Positions 38,879 through 51,200 of a DNA stretch of 64,000 nt are shown one piece after another; the stretch's first letter is position 1, and each line of letters opens with the position of its first letter. Origin of the DNA: Penicillus capitatus (lineage: Eukaryota > Plantae > Chlorophyta). The position numbers and the translations under genes were made by a program. The DNA is taken from positions 677,722 through 741,721 of the forward strand of contig OZ287703.1 of the NCBI GenBank assembly GCA_965649825.1, in the 5' to 3' direction. Below the pieces are notes generated by a model. That model had not been told where the DNA came from. It ran no database searches and saw only the letters and a list, made by a program, of their open reading frames with translations.

Positions 38879-40402
38879 ATGGCAGCGGAAGATCATCACG
38901 CGGTGCGTCGACTCATCCGCCATGCGTTCTCCGAGATCCTCTCACTCTCCGATCGTCTCACAGCTGTCGAACAGCGAAACGACACTCCGACACGAACCGC
39001 AGCTCGCAAGAATGTCGACGTCTCGGGAACCGTTGACCTCACGGCTGGTGCTTTTGTTCGAAGCGTCGTGCCCAAGAGATAGCGGATGCTATGTGTGACG
39101 GAGGATGGTGTCGTGTAGGGACGCAGAGAAGAAGTGCCTGCTTCGAGCGTCGTCGTGGCGCCTCTCCTTCAGGCGAAGATGAAATTCCCCCTGCCCTTTC
39201 GCCAAACACAATGGGAGACGACATTTGCCACATCCTCACCCGATACTCAACTCAAACTCAAGAAAGCGAGATCCATACGTGTGATCTCTCACTCTAATAG
39301 AGTGAGATGGCGGATCAGGTGTTGTTTCGGGGAGACTGGTTTGACAGCTGTCTGAAATTCGTGTGCGCTCCGGTTGGCGGCAATGGACCGGATATCGTTC
39401 CGACCCTCAATCCCAATGCGGGTGGGTCCCAACTTGACGTCCATGAGAAAGTGTGAGAAGAATGGGCTTATGTATTAGAGTAGATGAGGGATTGAGTCAA
39501 GTGATCGCGGCAGGCTGTCCAGTCCATCAAGAATGCGTCGATGCAGCATCGATCGGCGGAAGTGTCACACAAAAGGGCAATATGATTGCAACAGGACTCT
39601 TCCATCAAAACCGTATGCTTGACCCAAAGGGCAAACCTCTTGGTACGCGCAGGCAATGTCTTCAGGATGGGGATCGAGGGAACGGTTGATATCTTTGACG
39701 CAAGGTATCCTGTCGCCAACGGAGAATCTCACGTTTGGACTCTTTGCGTCCCACGCTTCTCAACGATCGATTCAAGAATCGGTCGGCTCCTGTTCGACAC
39801 AATCGCACCCCACGTTCGACAATCGCTTTCCTCTGTGGATCTCGTCGGTCTGAGATGCCGATGTGGTGGTTCAGTTTCGGAATGTTCGGTCCGCTGATGC
39901 AGCATCGTGCCTATGGTCAATCGTCTCCCTACGACTCGCGACGTAGTCCATGGGTAACGGAGAATGTCAAGATCGGATCAGTCGGTGCGTCTGTCTCTCA
40001 CACTTTCGTCGTTAAAGGGCATCACTCTTCTTCACGCAGGAGCATGGAACGTCGATGATGAGTATGTGTTGTCTGGTTGGTGGTCGGTAAAGAACGCAAA
40101 GTGTCAACTGCGAGAGACATCGTTCGATAGCTGCGGCATGGCACTGTCCACCTTTCCTTACGCCAACACACCCACACACAAAATCGGCTTCCAAGTCTCA
40201 CACACAGCGTAAGTGTGAGATATGACGTGTCATCTTTCTTGACACCTCGATATCGTTCAGGGAGGGAAACGCCTATTCCATCGAATGCAGTTCGAAGCAT
40301 TCAACAGATCAAGGTTTGGAAATGCATTCGGGGTTGGTCGTCGATTTTTCATCGAAAGGCGTTTCCGCCTTGATCGGCGCCAAGACCCTTCTAAAATTCT
40401 GA
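38879..40402 (+). CDS. Conserved green-lineage uncharacterised protein, possibly beta-barrel; exon structure approximate
   Basis: Exon pieces MAAEDHHAVRRLI..., NVDVSGTVDL, VLFRGDWFDSCLKFVCAPVGG, GLSQVIAAGCPVHQE...SIGGSVTQKGNMIA, EYVLSGWWSV resemble an uncharacterised plant family (recall, not searched). Inferred C-terminal Phe. Confidence 0.45.
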
Positions 40403-40425
40403 CGCATGTCGCATCCCAATGTCAT

Positions 40426-40946
40426 TCATGCATCGGAATCTGAGCTGAGATCCAAAGGAACTTCATTGGCATCCACAGAGGGACCACTTGGTCCAGTTGG
40501 CTTTACTGGAATTGCTCTCTTGCCTTCGTTCTCCAGTTGGGACCATGGATCTTCTAACATGCTCTTCTTAATATATCTTGAAATATCGGGAGTCGAATTT
40601 CTGTGAAGGCTCACAGCGAGTGCAGGGAGGAAGAAAAGGGCCCGTCTCGCACCTTTGCCGTTGGAAAGGCCGTTGTGCTTTTCTGCTGCCGGATGCCAGA
40701 AACGTACCGTCTGCAATGGCCCCCCTCTCATCTCGTTTACAAGCAGACACATTAGCAAACGCGCGGAGACTGCTGGAATAAAAACCTGGCTTAGGAGGAA
40801 CGCATTTTTCTGTGTCAGGAAACGTCGGTGGTATTGTTGGACCTAATGAGAAGCATTCAGCGCGCCAGGCGCGTTTTTAAGAAAGAATAACTTGGATGAG
40901 TGACGGTGGCGATCCGTTCCTCTTCAGGAAGGTCGCATTTTTCCAT
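40426..40946 (-). CDS. Small MPLKIP/TTDN1-like protein
   Basis: C-terminal RYIKKSMLEDPWSQLE matches the (Y)xKxSMxEDPW motif; upstream exon PKPGFYSSSLRAFA. Confidence 0.4.
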
Positions 40947-41170
40947 CGGTCTTTTCCTGCCGATCATCTCTGCTATCGAATGTCGCCACCACCTGCCTCC
41001 CGCGACAGACGTCACATCATTACGTCGTACGCGCGCGCCTGACTTGCGCCAACCCAGTCGCCACAGCGGCACCACGGTAGGACAGACGAGACTTTGACCG
41101 ACAGACGACATGATGTGACAAGCAGTGCCACGCACATCGTTTCCTCTTGACGCCATTTGCAATTTCCACC

Positions 41171-42771
41171 ATGTCACAGTGTTGTTGTGCAAGCGGTCCC
41201 GGCTACGCCACGCCTCTCGTCAGGCTCTCCAAGACCTCTCTTCTCTTTTAGCGCATTGTGCCGCAGGATGCGATGAAGGGACCACGGGAGAAAATCGTCT
41301 ACATTCCTTGCATTCAACCGGCGGATCGTCAACAGCCGGATTACTTGGCGACCGTTGTGGTCGATCCCGACAGTCCCGACTATGGCAAAGTGGTCCATCG
41401 ACTTCCTTTCGGAATCGGCGACGAAGTGCATCATACGGGATGGAATGCATGCAGCAGTTGCTTCGGCGACGCAACCAAATCTCGCACGAAACTGATCGTT
41501 CCGGCCGTAGCGACAACGCATATCTACATCGTCGACGTCGGGAAGGACCCTTTGCGGCCTGAAGTGCACAAAGTTGTGAAAGGCGAAGACATCAAGATGA
41601 AAACGGGACTCGGCTATCCTCACACATCTCATTGCCTCGGCAGTGGCGAAATCATGATGTCTATGATGGGCGATGCCAACGGCGAGTCGTGCGGAAACTT
41701 TGTACTCCTGGACGAGCACTACGACATCAAAGGGTGCTGGTCTGACAAGAATATCGCCTTTGGATACGACTTTTGGTACCAGCCCAGACAGGATATCATG
41801 ATTTCGACCTCCTACGGTCGTCCCAAGAGCTTCTTAAAGGTAAAGGGACCACACTTTGCTGTTTTGTGTGAAGAAGAGTTGTGCAGTGCTTTGATCCTAC
41901 TGAGGTGGAGAACAATTATGGCTCGATGCTCTATTTCTGGGAGTGGTCCACTCGCCGTCTGATCAAGTCTGTGAATCTCAGACCGAAAGGCAACATTCCG
42001 TTGGAAGTGCGTTTCTTGCACAATCCGGACAAGGCGATCGGTTTTGTGGTATGTTGATTCGTTTGAGTGAGATAAGAGTGAGATCACGTGTGTCGTTGAG
42101 GGATGTGCCTTGAGCAGCAACGTGGTGCTGATTTACAAGAATGACCAAAACGAGTGGGACACAAAATTCGTCATCCAGCTGGAACCGATGAAGGTCGAGG
42201 GGTGGGCGTTGCCCGAAATGCCGGCGCTCATTACCGATATTGTGATCTCTCTGGACGACAAGTACCTTTACTGCAGTCACTTCTTCAGAGGTGTGACCTT
42301 CACTGGTATGCAAGATCGCATTCAAACTGTGTGACAGGTGACATTTGCCAGTACGATATTACGGATCCGCACCATCCTGTCTTGGTCGGTCAAACTTGGT
42401 GTGGTGGTCTGGTGAAAAAGGGCAGTCCCATCAAGGTTGTCTCCGGTCTCCCGGAGGGACGGACGGCAACCGATGTCGTCACAGTGAATGGCGTGGAACT
42501 CAGTGGTGGTCCACAGATGATCCAACTGAGCCTCGATGGCAAACGCCTGTATGCCACGGACTCTTTAATAAGCTCCTGGGACAAGCAATTTTATCCGGAG
42601 CTGGTGAAGAATGGAACGAAGTTGATCCAGATCGATGTGGATACGGAGAAAGGAGGCCTTACAATGAATGACGATTTCTTGGTCGATTTTGGAAAGGAGC
42701 CATGGGGTCCAGTGCTGGCTCACGAGGTGCGATATCCGGGTGGGGATTGCTCCAGTGACATATGGGTTTAG
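41171..42771 (+). CDS. SELENBP1: Selenium-binding protein / methanethiol oxidase (SBP56), multi-exon
   Basis: [16 protein letters not shown]|[84 protein letters not shown]. Confidence 0.95.
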
Positions 42772-42811
42772 CGTCATGATGTGACAGCTGCGCTCTTTTT
42801 TGCGACGAACG

Positions 42812-43577
42812 ATGAAAATTTCGACCTTCGCCAAGCGTGCGTCGCGTCTTTCCGTCCCGCGTCAACGCCCAGGAGTGCTCTACGTTCGCAACGTTTTCAG
42901 CGGAATCGTCCAGGGAACGGCGACGGTGCAGCGATTGGAGAGGAAAAAAGATTTCACGACACTGGTTCTGCGCTTTCCCGAAAATCTTGCCTCCTCCGTT
43001 TCCATCGGATCGAGCGTCGCCATCAACGGCGCCTGTCTGACAGCGACATCCGTTCAGAACGACGTATTGACCTTCGATGCCATCGGCGAGACACTCAATG
43101 TGACAAACCTCTCACAGCTCGAGATCGGGAGTGTCGTTAACTACGAAAAGTAACCGACCAGACGTCACATCAATCTAATATGCGCCGGATCTTAGGGCTG
43201 CGCGTTTTGGCGATGAAATCGGAGGACACACGCTCTCCGGTCACATCCATACCGTTGCCGAGATCGCAGCGATCGATCGCGAATCGGATCATTGTTGCGT
43301 GACCTTTTCCGTTCCGCCCCCTTGGATGAAGTACATTCTCTCGAAAGGATTCGTGGCGATCGACGGCGTCAGCCTCACGGCCTGTCACGCAACGGAGACA
43401 TCGTTTTCGGTCTATCTCATTCCGGAGACCCTTCGAATCACACGACTACGAGAGTGGACGACTGGGCAAAAGGTCAACATCGAGGTCGAAGCACAGACAC
43501 AGGCAATCGTTGATACGGTCGAACGCGTGGTGTCACGTTACATTCCCAGCACCCTACTGAGCAACAGTGTTCAGTGA
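42812..43577 (+). CDS. ribE: Riboflavin synthase alpha chain with transit peptide
   Basis: VFSGIVQG, GSSVAINGACLT, GETLNVTNL, VNYE, GHVHT, KGFVAIDGVSLT, LIPETLRIT, VNIEVE. Confidence 0.92.
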
Positions 43578-43592
43578 TACGTGCGTGCATCA

Positions 43593-45101
43593 TTAAATGG
43601 CATCCAATGCTTGTTGTATGTCATCCCAAATGTCTTGAAAATCTTCGATGCCGCAACTAAAGCGCACGAGATTCTCGTGAATGCCGAGTTCTTTCCGGCC
43701 TTCGATACCCAGATCCCAGTAGCTCATGATGGCCGGTTGGTTGACCAGCGATTCGGCGCCGCCCAATGAGGGGGCAATGTAGGGTAGGTGAACGGAATCG
43801 ACCAGTTTTGCCGTCCGCCATAGATCACCCTCCACTTCGAAACTCACAACGCCGCCAAAGGCGTCCATCTGCGAACGGGCGATATCGTGATCGGGATGCG
43901 ACGGTAGACCGGGATAATACACACGACGGATCTTTGGATGCTCTTCCAGTTTCTTAGCCAGACGCATAGCATTGTTGTTGTGCTGCTGCACTCTGAGTTT
44001 CAGTGTCTTCAGTCCTCGAAGAAAGAGATACGATGCGTGGGGATCGATGACGCCGCCCAGTACATTATGCAATGAGCGGATGGCTTCGATGAGCTCTTCC
44101 TTTCCGACCACAGCTCCGCCCAGTACATCATTGTGTCCTGCCAGATACTTTGTGGCCGAATGCACCACGAGATCAGCGCCGAAGCGAATGGCGCGTTGGT
44201 TAATGGGTGTGGCGAAGGTACTGTCGATGACAACGACAGCCCCATGGTCGTGACACATTTCCGAAATGCGCTCCACGTCAACGACACGGAGGTAAGGATT
44301 CGTGGGTGATTCTGTAAAGAAAAGCGAGACCTGGTGCTGTTCCAGCGCCGCTTGTAATGCTGTCAGGTCCGAAGGGTCAATAACAGTCGAGGAGATTTGC
44401 ATTTTGGGCAGAACGGTTTGGATGAATTGCCGAGTGCGACGATAACAGTCGGTCGTCGTTACGATGTGACCGCCAGCAGGAACCAAAGCCAACAGCAACG
44501 TCGTGGCTGTGTTCATCCCAGATGTCGACAGCAATGCCGCCTCGGCACCTTCCAGCGCCTTGAGCTTCTCTTCCACCACACGCGTCGTCGGATTGCCATA
44601 GCGTCCGTATTCGTAAGAACCGTATCTCCCTTCTTGATAGTCGATCAGCTCTGCCGTGTTGCGAAACGTAAACGTCGCCGTCTGCACGATCGGCGTTGTG
44701 ACGGTGTCTGAGATACGCGGTCGGCCACCGCGTTCGCCGGCATGAATCGACTGCGTGCCGCTTTCCCATGCATCGTTGCGATGTTCGGTATGGAGAGCGA
44801 TGGAAGGCTGGTCGGCTGAAGAGGCGGAAGAGTTACGGACAGACGCTTCGAGATCGTCGACATGAACGGCGTTGTTCGAAACGGCCGTCGAAGGTGTTGT
44901 GCCGTCCGACGACGTAGCCGCGAGACGAAAACTGGATCGCGACGAAAATCCGTTCGAGGACGACGACGACAACGGCGATACACGGCGGTGACGGCGGTGA
45001 CGCGACGGAAGACGGTCAACGCAACGAAAACGCGATAATGGATGAGGAGGCGAAAGGAGGGCGTTGTGCGAGTGGACCCACCGAACCTTCGCTGCTAACA
45101 T
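43593..45101 (-). CDS. CGS1: Cystathionine gamma-synthase, plastid-type, single ORF (in frame to 45260)
   Basis: Ser/Arg-rich transit peptide, TQSIHAGER, YGRYGNPTT, FTESPTNP, DSTFATP, PLP-lysine motif HSATKYLAGHND, SLGGAESL. Confidence 0.92.
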   Translation of the reverse strand: MLAAKVRWVHSHNALLSPPHPLSRFRCVDRLPSRHRRHRRVSPLSSSSSNGFSSRSSFRLAATSSDGTTPSTAVSNNAVHVDDLEASVRNSSASSADQPSIALHTEHRNDAWESGTQSIHAGERGGRPRISDTVTTPIVQTATFTFRNTAELIDYQEGRYGSYEYGRYGNPTTRVVEEKLKALEGAEAALLSTSGMNTATTLLLALVPAGGHIVTTTDCYRRTRQFIQTVLPKMQISSTVIDPSDLTALQAALEQHQVSLFFTESPTNPYLRVVDVERISEMCHDHGAVVVIDSTFATPINQRAIRFGADLVVHSATKYLAGHNDVLGGAVVGKEELIEAIRSLHNVLGGVIDPHASYLFLRGLKTLKLRVQQHNNNAMRLAKKLEEHPKIRRVYYPGLPSHPDHDIARSQMDAFGGVVSFEVEGDLWRTAKLVDSVHLPYIAPSLGGAESLVNQPAIMSYWDLGIEGRKELGIHENLVRFSCGIEDFQDIWDDIQQALDAI

Positions 45102-45560
45102 CTCCTGTCCTCGCAACATAAAACGCAATAATGCAGTCATTGTCGAACATGACATGTAATTCGCCCTTGCGCTGGATACAGAGCAGCAAAGGCAAATACA
45201 AAGCAGCAAAGAGAAATCGTATCTCACACTTTCCTCACTCCCACGCATCAGAGAATCCAAAACGCGTTGCTAATGATCCGTCGATGTGGGACAGTCTTCG
45301 GTCTGTAGGAGTAGGACGCCATAGACCTTCTTTGCGATACTGGGACAGTCGTGTGTCGTTTTTTCTGCAATGGCGGCGCATCGATGTTGTCATAACGTTT
45401 GTTGCTGAGGCAATGGCAGCGGTAAATGATGACGTCGTCGTCGTGGATGACGAGGGCGATAATGGCGGTGAAATGGGCGTGGTGTATCGTTGGCGCATTT
45501 CGTCTCCGTCTTTGTTCTTCTCTTCCTTGAAGGCTTCCGTCGCTAAGGGCGAAACGAAAC

Positions 45561-46198
45561 ATGCAGATCGTTGCGTTCGGCGGTCGTCTATTACTTTCGA
45601 CGATTTTTATTATGTCCGGTGTGTCGAAGCTGACGAGCTATGACGCTCAGACGGGAGGCCCTATGATGCCCATTGTCGCGCCCAAAATGGACTGCTTCTT
45701 GGAAACCCTCGAACAGGCGACGCAATTAGATCTTCCCCTCGACGTCGTCAAAGTTCGGCCTGTTTCTTCGCGCCAACAACGACGATACGATTGCGATGGG
45801 TCTTTTCAGGCGCACTACGGTGACTTGGTCGTAGCTGCCGGGGTTTTGGAAGTGGCGGGAGGTTTGCTTTTCATTTTGGACTTTTCCCTCGGAGCTTCTC
45901 TGTTGGTACGTTCGGCTAGGGTATGACTGCGTATCGCCATGTGGTCGTTGTCTGGCAGATGCTGTTTCTGGTGGGCGTGACACCCGTGATGCACAATTTC
46001 TGGGATCCAATGTGCTACAAGGACGAGCAAGTGCCAGAGATGATCAATTTCTTAAAGGTCTGTGCACCGACCTATCTCGCTCTTTTGCCGCTCCCACTAA
46101 CTTCACTTTTCTGCCGTTTGTAGAATGTGTCGATTTTTGGAGGTCTCTTGGCCTACGCCACGAAGGCTGGGAAGTATCAGAAATTAAAAGTGGAATAG
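45561..46198 (+). CDS. DoxX-family / HR-like lesion-inducing membrane protein, multi-exon
   Basis: GRLLLSTIFIMSGVSK, LEVAGGLLF, TPVMHNFWD, INFLK|NVSIFGGLL. Confidence 0.85.
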
Positions 46199-46746
46199 AC
46201 AACGGGGTGATGGTGAAGAGAGACACAAGGACGTGCCATTCAGGAATGCACGAATTCTGATTGTGTCGCATACTGAATGTAATACATCGATTAAAGTGAA
46301 TTCCAAGACCAATATCAACATCATACCATCATCCAGGAGTCCAAACGAATTCAAGCGTTTCGTAACCTCGACCCACGTGCTGAGCGATCGGGAAAAGGGT
46401 CCTGCGTGCTAACCAGAGGGGCATTAAGGGATTCTTGGAAAGGAATAGGGAAAGTGCCTTCGGTTAATAAACGAAAGAATGCAGAGTGAAGGAGATACTC
46501 TGGTAACCGACAAATGAGATATCACGATTTCTTAGTCTTCGACTCAACGGGACGGATATTCGAGGACCAGCCATCTGGACGCACTCGGGGAGACGTCGTG
46601 TTTAAAGTGACGGCCACAAATCGACTGCCGAGTTCCATTCCTCCTAAGACGGCTACGCCAAGGACAATAGCCGAGGCAGTGGTAGAGAAAAGGGCACGCA
46701 TAGTGCGTAGCAGAATAAACAGAAAGACAGTAGCAAGCAGACGTGG

Positions 46747-48348
46747 ATGACAGCGAGGTTCAAAGCAATTCGGCGAGTGGCGAAATCGGCCATGATGTGT
46801 CATCGTGTGGACGCTTCTTCCGCAGCAGAGCAGTGGTCAACGCCGTCTGGTGGCATCATCGACCACTTGGTCGGTATACTAAAACGCACACGACGATGGC
46901 GCCGCGACGGACCTGCTCTGCGAAGATTGAACCGACATTGGTGCGTACAGCTGAATCAGCACATCGTCGCAGTCCAGCCACACAGAAGTCGAGCTCTCGT
47001 GCACGAAGACGCGGCGTCGCTGCATAACTTTCCGCAGCTGACGTCTCTAAATGCAGAAATGTTTGCAAAAGAATACTGTGGTGATCGAAATGCAGCTCTC
47101 TTTCGGGCGATCGCGCAGCTTCCGAGACTGAAGTGCCTGGAATTATCCTCTGATGTCTTGAAACACATAAGCACATGTGATCTGGCCCAGCTCACAGGTA
47201 TCATCCGTCTACGGCACCGGGCGAGTCGTCGCATGACGCTTGTGGATGTCATGAAACTGGCACATCTGCCGTTACAGGAGCTGGCGATTGAATGCAGCCT
47301 CGTGTATCTGGAGCACCTCATACCGACGCTTCCGAAGCTGCAGTACTTAGAAGTCCGGACACAGACATTCGAATTGGAATCTTCGGTCATCGCGGTTTTG
47401 AAACCTATGAAACGTCTGAAGCTTGTTTTTGAAAGGGGATTGGCAACAGTGGCGCAACTCGCTCAGCTGACGTCCTTGGTCGCACTTGAGATTAACAGGG
47501 TTCGTTTTCCCTCCGTCGAAGCTTTCAGAAAACTCCCGAGACTTGGAAGCCTGTCGATCACCGTGATGACGCACGAGAGTCTCTTTCTCGATGATCTCTC
47601 CAGGTTCTCGAAGAAACTCGACGATCTGAGCATCTTCCCAGTGCACAAAAATGCACCCTTCGCTCGCTCGGAAGCGGACGAGCCCATTCACTTAAAGAGC
47701 CTCAGGCTGACCAACTGCCTCCTCGGTTCGGTCGATATGTTCCATCGCCTAACGTCGCTGACTTGTCTCATCCTGACCGACTGCCAGCTGGAGCATGGAC
47801 TCCAGTCGCTGACTGCCCTGAAGCGGTTGAGGATGCTGTGTCTCATGGATGTGTTTCCGGACTCCCGTCCTCTGCCGCCGGCGCCACTGAAGTCGTCGGA
47901 TTTCCGAGAGCTGAAGGTTCTGTCGATGGATCTGGGCCGAGCCTACTCCACATCGATGGAGATGATCCTCTCGCTGACGGGGTTAGAGATTCTGGGACTG
48001 GATTGTCCAGATCCCCTGCCGCATCACAAGATCGCTCAGCTGGAGCTGCTCCCCAACCTTCGAGAGCTCGGTGTGTTCTGTCCGCAGAAAGAAATCGGAA
48101 AGGACCATCGATTTTTCGAATCACAATTCTTGATTAAATTGGAAGCACTCTGGGTGACAAACTTCAACGAAATCTGCTCTTATCGAGAGAAGCGAGTCAA
48201 GGACCCGCGGACGGTACTCAGTTCGTTGTACCGTCTCCTACAGAATGCTCCGCATCTAAAAGTAACGAATGGTATCAGTTCTATAAGATCTCTCCCTTTC
48301 ATAGAATACCTCTGTCAACAATGTGCACCTAACTTTCGTTGCAGCTAA
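46747..48348 (+). CDS. F-box-like/LRR protein, paralogue 6
   Basis: 533-aa ORF; WSTPSGGIIDHLVGILKRTRRWRRDGPALRRLNRHW, LRRs, C-cap FLIKLEAL...QNAPHLKVT. Confidence 0.85.
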   Translation: MTARFKAIRRVAKSAMMCHRVDASSAAEQWSTPSGGIIDHLVGILKRTRRWRRDGPALRRLNRHWCVQLNQHIVAVQPHRSRALVHEDAASLHNFPQLTSLNAEMFAKEYCGDRNAALFRAIAQLPRLKCLELSSDVLKHISTCDLAQLTGIIRLRHRASRRMTLVDVMKLAHLPLQELAIECSLVYLEHLIPTLPKLQYLEVRTQTFELESSVIAVLKPMKRLKLVFERGLATVAQLAQLTSLVALEINRVRFPSVEAFRKLPRLGSLSITVMTHESLFLDDLSRFSKKLDDLSIFPVHKNAPFARSEADEPIHLKSLRLTNCLLGSVDMFHRLTSLTCLILTDCQLEHGLQSLTALKRLRMLCLMDVFPDSRPLPPAPLKSSDFRELKVLSMDLGRAYSTSMEMILSLTGLEILGLDCPDPLPHHKIAQLELLPNLRELGVFCPQKEIGKDHRFFESQFLIKLEALWVTNFNEICSYREKRVKDPRTVLSSLYRLLQNAPHLKVTNGISSIRSLPFIEYLCQQCAPNFRCS

Positions 48349-49165
48349 AGTATTTTTATTGTTCAATTTACTTCGACGTGTCTCATTCAGTCCATCAACT
48401 GATGCGTGTTCTCTGGAGAGTTCTGCCTCTGGAGTGTAAGAGGAATGTCTGGAATCGAACAGCATATACCGTGGTTGTCATCTATCCAGCTGTCGTACGA
48501 TAAGAGAAACGCCTCTGTGACGTACTTGGTTTCTCACCGTGATCTCGATCCCGATTTTGCCTTCGCGATGACGATCTCTTTTTCATGACGCATGAAACGT
48601 TTGGATGTCGCAGGGAATTTGCTATTCTGTCGCTATTTCGTATTGGAAAGGCGTGTCTGGCTGTGTATGCACAAACTGTAAGCCTTAGATCACTTGTGGA
48701 GCAACCAATCCAGACCTTATCCTGCGCAGATGAAGCGCGTATGCTGTTCTCGCTGCGCTAATCTGTCGTCGAGAGGTCCTTTCGGCGAACAAATGATCTC
48801 AACTGTCGGCGAGACTCGGGCGGGTAACATTCGATAAAGGTGCGTCGTGATCGAGACGTTGACCGCCGATTTGGCGACAAAGATCGATTCAACACACGCA
48901 AACGCGTCTCGCATCGGGCACAAGAGACTGTGTTTCTGCAATCAAGAGAGATACAACAAATCCGTCCACCAACCAATTGAGATGACATTCAGTTGGCTTC
49001 GAGATCATCGCCAACCAGTCAGTCCGTCATCATACGAAAAGTGAGATAATCCAAGTTGTTATGGGTAACGACTAAATCTCATGTTGACCAATTGTGTAAA
49101 ACCAACGATCATCGATTGGGTCCACAACGAAGAGTCCTGCTAACTCGTGTCTTCATCGAAACAGC

Positions 49166-50102
49166 CTATCTGCCGGGATTTGCACTAGCCGTCGCACTTG
49201 CTTGAATCATGCCATTGCCTCGCACACTGCCGCTAACATCAGTAGTTGTGGTCGAGGATTGAGCACTACCCGTTCTGTCAACATCACACAAGATGACAGC
49301 CTGTATGTGATCCAGAAGATACGAACCCGGATGCCGGAGACGGTGACGGTTTGTTCGTTGATGGGGAATCTTTACGATCGCAATAGACCCAGCACTTCTT
49401 GAAGGCCGTAGAGACAAGTTTCCGAACGGCGACATCAAAAGAAAAATCGGCATCGAGTCCCAAGACACCACTGGCCGAACAGGCGGAGGCCTCTGCCTCT
49501 GCTGCGGCCGATACCATGGCGTTCACCGCATCCACGACGGCCGTCTCACACTCTGCCGTATTCGTGCCAAGTTGCTTGGCAAGGTCGACAATTGTATTCG
49601 CGACAAAGCAGCCGACGACCTCAGCATCCGCGGCCGAGTTGGCTGAGCCGCATCCGACGGATCCATCTGTACATTCGGCTCTCACAAAGGCTGACGCAAA
49701 TGCCGCAGCAGCGACGGTGATATAGCATTTTGCGTCGTCTCTCGGTCTGACAGAACGGCAGGTGCCTTGGTCATAGAGTGTATCGCTTGTGTAGCATCCT
49801 TGAAGCTCAGAAACGAACGTCTGTACACAAAAGGCATGATATCACGAAGGGGTGCGAGGCGTGACGTACTCCGCAGTAAGCGTTGGAAATGGACCGCACG
49901 GCGCAACTTCCACCCGTCGAGACAACAGTCGCCGACGAAAACGCCGTGGCGCTGCATCGTCCACTTGGATTTGGACAACGACTGTTAAAATCGGCTGCAG
50001 GACATTAGATAAGCTCAAGACACAACGAGGACGTATTGGTCGACCTGAAGCAAATGTACCGAGAAGGACGACGCACAGAGCAACGAGCATATTGTTTGCC
50101 AT
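49166..50102 (-). CDS. Secreted Cys/Ala-rich protein, family member A (4 inferred exons)
   Basis: Signal peptide MANNMLVALCVVLLGTFAS|ADFNSRCPNPSGRC...AYCG|TFVSELQGC...AFKKCWVYCD; 14 Cys; Ser/Pro linker and short Ala/Ser tail exon. Confidence 0.78.
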
Positions 50103-50211
50103 CTTGAAACCTTCACTGTCTATCTTGCAATTCCTTGACCTGCGCAGATTGCAAACGACGGTGAACAATTCGCGAAAAATCTGAAAGCATGAAGATTGAA
50201 AGAACGTCACG

Positions 50212-50219
50212 TATTTATA
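50212..50219 (-). promoter_or_regulatory. Putative TATA box of secreted gene A
   Basis: TATAAATA ~110 nt upstream of ATG 50102. Confidence 0.45.
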
Positions 50220-50499
50220 CGTTGGCTGAGAAGGACCAGATAGACTGTCGCTTCGGCGTCAGATACTTCATGCTGTAAACTGTTCACATGACCTGTCTAA
50301 CGGTCGTCTATAACTTCTTGATCTTGTGGAGAACGATGATTCAAGTTCTAAAACGGACTTTGGTTGAAGGGCTATCAGCCAATGATGGCCGCAGAACGCA
50401 TTGGCCGCGGCCAGAGCAGAGCGAACGGGAATCTGAGCGACGTTTGGGGACAGCTGGCAGGCTTTTCCAGCTAACGTCCACCTTCGGGGCGAGTACTGT

Positions 50500-51200
50500 C
50501 ATGTAGGCGCGGCACCACGTGGTCGGCGTCGTATCGACCGCGTGGCTTCGGACAGCGGTGGACCGCTGCTGTCTTGTGGACAGTGAACGAAGTATGCAGA
50601 AGTTCGCACGCGCTTCGACGCGGCGCGTTGTGAACTCGCGTCATCCACAAGAGTCGTACTGCCGGTAAAACGGCACTGCGTCACCACGCAGACCAGCCTT
50701 CAAAACCTATGAAGGTTGCTTGACACGCCACAGCCAATTCGCCCATCGTCGCAAACAAAGACGGCAATCCATCAACGCACTCTCTTCAGGGACCAAAAGC
50801 GATACCTACTCTATCATTCAGTAAAGTACTCGATTGCGACAGGGACCAGATTATGAAGCTTGGAGAGGCGAGTGCTTCTAAGGAATGCAATGCCGTTCGA
50901 AAGTGTAGGAGTACTATACAGTAGAGAGGTAGATAGCTCTGCTGTACTTTGGCATTGGTTTTCCTAGACGAAACATGCTGAAACCATTGTCGAGTAAGGT
51001 ATTGTTCCAAGCCCCTGTCAGCTGGCGACTTAAAGTACTGCCGCAATCAACTGTGCATGCAGTCGTCTCCGGTTCCAAATCTCCATCGATCCTATCGCTG
51101 ACAGGGTTAGAGATTCTGAGAGTGGGCATTGTCCACATCTCTTGTCGCCTCACAAGTTTGCTCAGCTGGAGCTGCTCCCCAAACTTCGAGAGTTAGACTG
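50500..51200 (+). pseudogene. Degenerate copy of F-box-like/LRR paralogue 6
   Basis: 51088-51118 matches 47964-47994 with 2 mismatches in 31 nt; 51151-51192 matches 48025-48066 with 3 mismatches in 42 nt; weaker match 50515-50545 to the F-box-like start. No continuous ORF; spacing implies internal deletion. Confidence 0.75.
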
